This document shows, in pieces, positions 58,899 through 64,000 of a stretch of DNA of 64,000 nt (positions are counted from its first letter, which is position 1; every line of letters starts with the position of its first letter). Both the position numbers and the translations under genes were made by a program. A model generated the notes under the pieces. It did not search any database. It had not been told where the DNA came from and worked only from the letters and a program-made list of their open reading frames with translations. Source of the stretch: an uncultured Chloroflexota bacterium. GTDB lineage: Bacteria > Chloroflexota > Dehalococcoidia > Lucifugimonadales > GCA-002694895. The stretch lies in contig CAJWSY010000002.1 of the NCBI GenBank assembly GCA_913045935.1, forward strand, positions 19,181 to 83,180, given 5' to 3'.

Positions 58899-59786
58899 TT
58901 AATAATAAGTAAGAAAAATTTCTTCTAAATCTGATTCTAACACTCTGATATTTATGACAGTAAATTTTGAAATGGTTTTGATCATGTCATCTACATTCCC
59001 TTTTATTGAAAATGTACAATTTTTATCTTTGATTTTTAAATTTGATATACCTTTTATTTTGGTTAATTTACTTTTTAGTGGTTTTTGATCAAAAGTAATT
59101 TCATACTTTTTTATAGATTTATTTTTTAGTTCAGCAATATTTTCTGAAGCAATTAATTCTCCGTCTTTTATAACTCCAACTTTTTCACATAAATCTTCAA
59201 TTTCATTTAATATGTGAGATGATAAAAGAATACTACATCCTAATTTATTATGCTCTTTGATTATATTTTGAAATTCATGTTGTTTCAGAGGATCTAGTCC
59301 TGTTGTAGGTTCATCTAATATAGCAATCATTGGATTATTCATAAATGTTTGAATGATTCCTATTTTCTGTTTATTGCCTTTGGATAATTCATTTATTTTT
59401 TTATTAAGGTCAAGATCAAGTTGTTCTGCAAGTTTTTGTATGTTGTTTTGTTTAGCATTTCTTAGATTGCTTATATATGACAAGTATTGATTCCCATTCA
59501 AATTAGAATACATTTCATACTCACCAGGCAAATAACTTATATTGGCTTTTTCATTTTGAGACAAATTATCTTTCCCGAAAATTTTAGTGCTTCCCGAATC
59601 TGGTGAAATCAAATTTAACATGGATCTTATTGTTGTTGTTTTCCCTGCACCATTAGGCCCCATTAATCCGTATATTTCACCTTGATTAATATCAAAAGAA
59701 ATTTTATTTATACCTTTGTTTTTACCATAAAATTTTGTAAGATTCGTGACCTCAACAATTTTTTTGTTTTTAAGATTTGAATTCAT
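58899..59786 (-). CDS. ABC exporter ATP-binding protein
   Basis: GPNGAGKTT, LSKGNKQK, LDEPTTGLDP, SSH. Confidence 0.95.
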   Translation of the reverse strand: MNSNLKNKKIVEVTNLTKFYGKNKGINKISFDINQGEIYGLMGPNGAGKTTTIRSMLNLISPDSGSTKIFGKDNLSQNEKANISYLPGEYEMYSNLNGNQYLSYISNLRNAKQNNIQKLAEQLDLDLNKKINELSKGNKQKIGIIQTFMNNPMIAILDEPTTGLDPLKQHEFQNIIKEHNKLGCSILLSSHILNEIEDLCEKVGVIKDGELIASENIAELKNKSIKKYEITFDQKPLKSKLTKIKGISNLKIKDKNCTFSIKGNVDDMIKTISKFTVINIRVLESDLEEIFLTYY

Positions 59787-59843
59787 AGGCAGACATGCAT
59801 TAAAATTGTTTTGATAATAACATAATGATTATACGGTGTACAC

Positions 59844-60641
59844 ATGAACAAAATTAATTTAGCATTTATTGGTTGTGGCGCTATTTGTACACAGATTATT
59901 CAGTATTTAAATGAAAATTTACCAAATAAATTTGATATAAAAATAATTATTGATAACAATATTAATCGCACAAAAAAGAAATGTGAAAATTGGAATATTA
60001 AACCTGTAATTTCAGATCAATTTGCTGATTATTTAGTACAAAATGATATAGATTTAGTTATAGAATCTGCATCCGTAAATTCAGTAAAAAATTATGCAAT
60101 AGAAATATTGAGTAAATCAGACCTTTTAATTGCTTCAGTAGGAGCATTGTCAGATGAGAAGTTTTATTCTAAATTATTATCTCAATCAGTCGAATATAAT
60201 AATAAATTGATTATTCCACATGGGGCTATAGGAGGCCTTGACGCAATAGGAGCAGTAAAAAATTCGATTTCATTTATCAAAATCACAACAACTAAATCAC
60301 CTGAAAGCCTCATTGGATCGGAGGGTTTTAAAAAATATGAAAATCACAAATTTGAAAACAAAAAACTAATTTTTAAAGGATCTGCAAAAGAGGCTATATC
60401 TTTGTTTCCTAAAAATTTAAATGTTGCTGTAACTTTAAGCTTATATGGAGTTGGAACTCAAGATACTAATGTGGAATTGATCGTTGATCCTGATATTAAA
60501 ACTAATAAACACACAATATATCTCGAAGGTGATTTTGGTACAATGAACTTTGATTTCTCTCTTAACCAATCTTTAACAAACCCAAAAACAAGTGCACTGG
60601 CAGCTTTATCTATAATTAAATCTTTAGAGGATTACAAATGA
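59844..60641 (+). CDS. nadX: L-aspartate dehydrogenase
   Basis: IGCGAI, ESAS, SVGAL, GAIGGLD, FPKNLNVA, NPKTS.LA. Confidence 0.9.
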   Translation: MNKINLAFIGCGAICTQIIQYLNENLPNKFDIKIIIDNNINRTKKKCENWNIKPVISDQFADYLVQNDIDLVIESASVNSVKNYAIEILSKSDLLIASVGALSDEKFYSKLLSQSVEYNNKLIIPHGAIGGLDAIGAVKNSISFIKITTTKSPESLIGSEGFKKYENHKFENKKLIFKGSAKEAISLFPKNLNVAVTLSLYGVGTQDTNVELIVDPDIKTNKHTIYLEGDFGTMNFDFSLNQSLTNPKTSALAALSIIKSLEDYK

Positions 60642-60943
60642 ATTTTATTGTGAAATATGTAAAAGGTGAACTCAAACTAAAATTTTCATTTCTTATATTT
60701 GTTGTTGGAATTATTATTACTGAATTTATTAATCAAACTTTAGTTTCGTCTCTTGGTTTAAGTTTTTTTAAATGGATCGCATTTGGTTTTGTGTTTTGGC
60801 TCATACTAGGAAGTTATAAATCAACCCAAATATTCATAAATGCAAATAGGGGACCAATAAAAAAACGATTACACGCTCTTGCATTTAAAAGTTTTATTAT
60901 GGTTTATGCAGTTTTCTATTATCTAATTTTTTTTAGAAGCTAA
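60638..60943 (+). CDS. Small 3-TM hypothetical protein
   Basis: ATGA overlap with nadX; three hydrophobic segments. Confidence 0.65.
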   Translation: MNFIVKYVKGELKLKFSFLIFVVGIIITEFINQTLVSSLGLSFFKWIAFGFVFWLILGSYKSTQIFINANRGPIKKRLHALAFKSFIMVYAVFYYLIFFRS

Positions 60944-61122
60944 TCTTTATTTCTTCTTACTACTGCCTGACCCACAATCCTATTATTCTTCCTAGAAGAA
61001 TCGGTATGCATTATTGGAGAACCGTATAATTCCCAACCCTTATTCAAAAATTCTGTAACTCTATCACAAAATTCACTATTATCTTCTCCTGTAAGGAGTT
61101 TGTATTCTGCTATTTCATTCAT
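60940..61122 (-). CDS. DUF1737-family protein
   Basis: Y.LLTG.D...FC.RV...L..GW.LYGSP ... GQAVV; AAGGAG SD. Confidence 0.85.
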   Translation of the reverse strand: MNEIAEYKLLTGEDNSEFCDRVTEFLNKGWELYGSPIMHTDSSRKNNRIVGQAVVRRNKD

Positions 61123-61135
61123 ATCTAACTCCTTA

Positions 61136-61477
61136 TTAGTCTAATTTTAAAAATGAACTAAAATCAGGTGATGGTGATTTTATTTCGACAAATACTGTAT
61201 CTTCTATGGCTTTGATCATATGTTTTTGTCCTATAGGATTAACCCATGTGTCACCTGGTCCTAATATTGATGATTTACCATCTCCTATCACGTCTAATTT
61301 TCCTGAAATAATTACACCCAAGGATTCATGCTCATGAGTATGTAAAGGAGTTTCTGAACCTGAAGTTAATTTCATTTTGATAGCGCTCATATTCTGAGCT
61401 TCTTCTTGAATTTTCAGATATAGATCACCTGAAATATCATTCCCTTCTAAATTAGTTAATTTTTTGTATTCACTCAT
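61136..61477 (-). CDS. Cupin domain protein
   Basis: PLHTHEHE...ISG ... GD....P....H. Confidence 0.85.
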   Translation of the reverse strand: MSEYKKLTNLEGNDISGDLYLKIQEEAQNMSAIKMKLTSGSETPLHTHEHESLGVIISGKLDVIGDGKSSILGPGDTWVNPIGQKHMIKAIEDTVFVEIKSPSPDFSSFLKLD

Positions 61478-61493
61478 TTTTTTATCCTTTTAA

Positions 61494-61577
61494 TGCCGAA
61501 GGTGAGATTCGAACTCACACAGGGTTTACCCCTACTGGTTTTTGAGACCAGCGTGTCTACCGTTCCACCACTTCGGC
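61494..61577 (-). tRNA. tRNA-Leu (CAA)
   Basis: GCCGAAG acceptor stem, GGTAGAC D-arm, CTGGT-CTCAAAA-ACCAG anticodon arm, long variable arm, GTTCGAATC T-loop; CCA not encoded. Confidence 0.96.
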
Positions 61578-61623
61578 TTGTAATATTGAGTTAGATTATA
61601 ACTAATATTTAATCAAAATAATA

Positions 61624-62163
61624 TTAAATGTTGATTTTATTCAAAATAGTTTCAACACCTTTGTCGATCAGTATTTCCAGGTTCTCGTTTAACACATCAC
61701 CATCTGAATTTATTTTTTTATTTACTGAAGATACTAAAATTTTTGGTTGACTTAACACATTCATTCCTAAACCAAATAATAATTGGTTAAGATTTGTGTA
61801 TCCTAATAATGTACCAGACATTCCTGGAGTACATCCTATTACCAAAGCGTTTTTACCACTTAAAACTTGAGGAGCTCTAGATAACCAGTCAACCACATTT
61901 TTCATCACACCCGAATAAGAACTATTATAAGCAGGTGATGAAAATATTACCAAATCTGAATTTTTTACTTTTTCTTTAGCATCTAATATATCAGGAGGTG
62001 TTGCAACAGATTCAATGTCAGCATTAAACAATGGAAATTTTGATATGTTAATTATTTCGGTATCAATATTTTTAGTTTTTGATAATTTATTTAAAACAAT
62101 TTTTAAAAGAATGTGATTCCAAGAGTTTTTTCTTAAACTTCCACAGATTCCAGATATTTTCAT
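61624..62163 (-). CDS. NADPH-dependent FMN reductase
   Basis: GSLRKNS.N, P.FN.D, SP.YN.S.SG.MKN..DWLSR. Confidence 0.92.
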   Translation of the reverse strand: MKISGICGSLRKNSWNHILLKIVLNKLSKTKNIDTEIINISKFPLFNADIESVATPPDILDAKEKVKNSDLVIFSSPAYNSSYSGVMKNVVDWLSRAPQVLSGKNALVIGCTPGMSGTLLGYTNLNQLLFGLGMNVLSQPKILVSSVNKKINSDGDVLNENLEILIDKGVETILNKINI

Positions 62164-62225
62164 GATTGTATCCTGTTAGTAATGTATTTAGAGTAAAGTT
62201 ATTATCAATTAATAACAAATATATT

Positions 62226-63341
62226 ATGTCACAAATTTACTACCCTGAACGCGGAAAATGGAATAGAAAAAACCCCGAATCAATTCAAATTAATAATAAT
62301 TTATTATTAGAGGCTATCGAATATTCAAAAGACAATGAAAATAAATTGTCTATTGAAAATATGCAAATGTTTACAAGAACTGCCTCGGATACAAAAGAAC
62401 CTCACGATGAAGTGCTTGGACCAGTAAAAGAGAGAGGCCCTTTCTCTGGACTTATAATCAAAGATGGGTATATTATCTCTGAATGGGGAGATGTAGATAG
62501 AGTTGATATGACTTTTAGTGTGACCAAAACTTTTTTATCGACTACAGTTGGCTTAGCTTATGATGAAGGATTGATTTCAAATTTGGACGAAAAAGTTTAC
62601 ACCAGAATAAAAGATAATGAACATTTTAAAGATCCTCATAACCAATCAATCACTTGGGATCATTTATTAAGACAAACCAGTGAATGGAGAGGAGTTTTAT
62701 GGGACAAACCCGATTGGGCTGACAGGCCTCCTACCGGAGTTCCTTTTGATGAACTCGGTAATCAAAAATACTCAAAACCTGGAACTAAATATAAATACAA
62801 TGATGTCAGAGTAAACTTACTGGCTTTATTAGCTGCAAATGTTTGGCAAGAATCTTTACCCAAAATTTTAAAGAACAAAGTTATGGATCCTATTGGGGCT
62901 TCAGATGAATGGAGATGGCATGGTTATGAAAATTCTTGGGTAGATATAAATGGGAAAAAAATTCAATCAGTTAGCGGAGGTGGTCATTGGGGAGGTGGCA
63001 TGTTTATTAGTGCACTCGATCAGGCAAGATTTGGATATCTGTTTTTAAGAAATGGAGTTTGGAGAAATAATAGAATTATTTCTGAAGATTGGATCAAAAA
63101 AGCTTCATCTCCTGGAAATCTAAATCACTCTTACGGATTTATGAATTGGTTTCTGAATTCTAACGAAGAAGGTACAGAAAAGAAAATTAAAACCGCACCT
63201 AAAAGCGCTGTATATTTTAGCGGTTTAGGCTCTAATATAATTTACATTGATTGGGAAAATGATTTGGTTGTTGTAGTGAGATGGATAAAATCTGATGCAT
63301 TACCAAAATTTATTGATTTAATTTTGAAAGCAATCAAATAA
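62226..63341 (+). CDS. Serine hydrolase, beta-lactamase-like (start reassigned to 62226)
   Basis: FSVTK, HLL.QTSEW, PG....YND, GGHWGGG. Confidence 0.88.
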   Translation: MSQIYYPERGKWNRKNPESIQINNNLLLEAIEYSKDNENKLSIENMQMFTRTASDTKEPHDEVLGPVKERGPFSGLIIKDGYIISEWGDVDRVDMTFSVTKTFLSTTVGLAYDEGLISNLDEKVYTRIKDNEHFKDPHNQSITWDHLLRQTSEWRGVLWDKPDWADRPPTGVPFDELGNQKYSKPGTKYKYNDVRVNLLALLAANVWQESLPKILKNKVMDPIGASDEWRWHGYENSWVDINGKKIQSVSGGGHWGGGMFISALDQARFGYLFLRNGVWRNNRIISEDWIKKASSPGNLNHSYGFMNWFLNSNEEGTEKKIKTAPKSAVYFSGLGSNIIYIDWENDLVVVVRWIKSDALPKFIDLILKAIK

Positions 63342-63342
63342 G

Positions 63343-64000
63343 TCAATTAATTATAAGTTCTGAGAGTCTTTTGTCATCTCTTCCATATAAATAACTTTGT
63401 GCTAAGTCGATGTTAGTTGCACTTTTTACGTTGCCATTACCCAATGCCAATTTAAACCATTCTAAAGATTTTTTAACATCAGGTTTAAATCCTTTGTATG
63501 TTTCATCACCGTCTCCAACATAATACAGAACACCTATGTTATTTTGTGCTTTATTATTGTCTTGATCTGCTGATAAAGAGTACCATTCAAGAGCTTTAAA
63601 GTAATCTTTCTCTACTGGGCTTTTTACAAAAGACCCATTTCCAAAATGATAAAATTTACCTATATAAAATTGTGAATTAGAGTTTCCAAGTTCTGCTGAT
63701 TTAATAAATTTTGAGTATGAAATTCCAAAATCCTGTGTTACCCCGAGTCCGTTATAGTAGAATAATCCTAATTGATATATAGAATTTAGATCTCCCAAAA
63801 TTTCTCCTTTGGTAAACCATTTGTGAGCATTTACATAATCTTTGTTTTCAATGGCATTATTAGCAAGATGAGTAATGGACCATATTTCTCCGGATTCAGC
63901 TGTTTCAACAAATAATTCGTTAGCCTTTGATGTGTTTTGTTTTATTCCGTGTCCGTGTAAGTACATAAGACCCATTATTCTTTTACCAAAAACATTATTT
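63343..64000 (-). CDS. Sel1-like repeat protein, 5' end outside the window
   Basis: Repeated LG..Y..G.GV.QD...A..W...A motifs; frame is open to the window edge. Confidence 0.88.
   Translation of the reverse strand, partial: NNVFGKRIMGLMYLHGHGIKQNTSKANELFVETAESGEIWSITHLANNAIENKDYVNAHKWFTKGEILGDLNSIYQLGLFYYNGLGVTQDFGISYSKFIKSAELGNSNSQFYIGKFYHFGNGSFVKSPVEKDYFKALEWYSLSADQDNNKAQNNIGVLYYVGDGDETYKGFKPDVKKSLEWFKLALGNGNVKSATNIDLAQSYLYGRDDKRLSELIIN

Noticed and set aside
61494-61577. tRNA as an integration site for an island
   Set aside because: No integrase and no duplicated tRNA 3' end seen in the window.

Overview
A 64 kb, very AT-rich, densely packed bacterial chromosome segment: about 70 CDS, many overlapping or abutting, one tRNA-Leu(CAA) and one TPP riboswitch. 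I see no rRNA, CRISPR array, integrase or transposase. Gene content is dominated by catabolic hydrolases (peptidases, amidases, D-amino-acid enzymes), cupins, MFS/ABC transporters and an F420-dependent nitroreductase. This is most consistent with a streamlined marine heterotroph such as a low-GC SAR202/Dehalococcoidia (inference only). Main observations: (1) a lipoprotein peroxiredoxin-like gene that the ORF track splits at an in-frame UGA falling exactly on the redox Cys (UxxC) and followed by a bacterial SECIS-like hairpin, i.e. a probable secreted selenoprotein; (2) a signal-less reductive-dehalogenase-like cobamide/2x[4Fe-4S] protein sandwiched between a YeiH/CuyZ-type putative sulfite exporter and a divergent cysteate sulfo-lyase/D-cysteine desulfhydrase-family enzyme, a possible undescribed organosulfur or organohalide pathway; (3) a coupled pseudoenzyme/enzyme pair of DSD1-like PLP proteins; (4) a small HTH/Fluc/MazG islet whose intergenic DNA has phased GGCC motifs and nested inverted repeats; (5) a membrane-anchored 7-repeat disulfide-stapled propeller protein.
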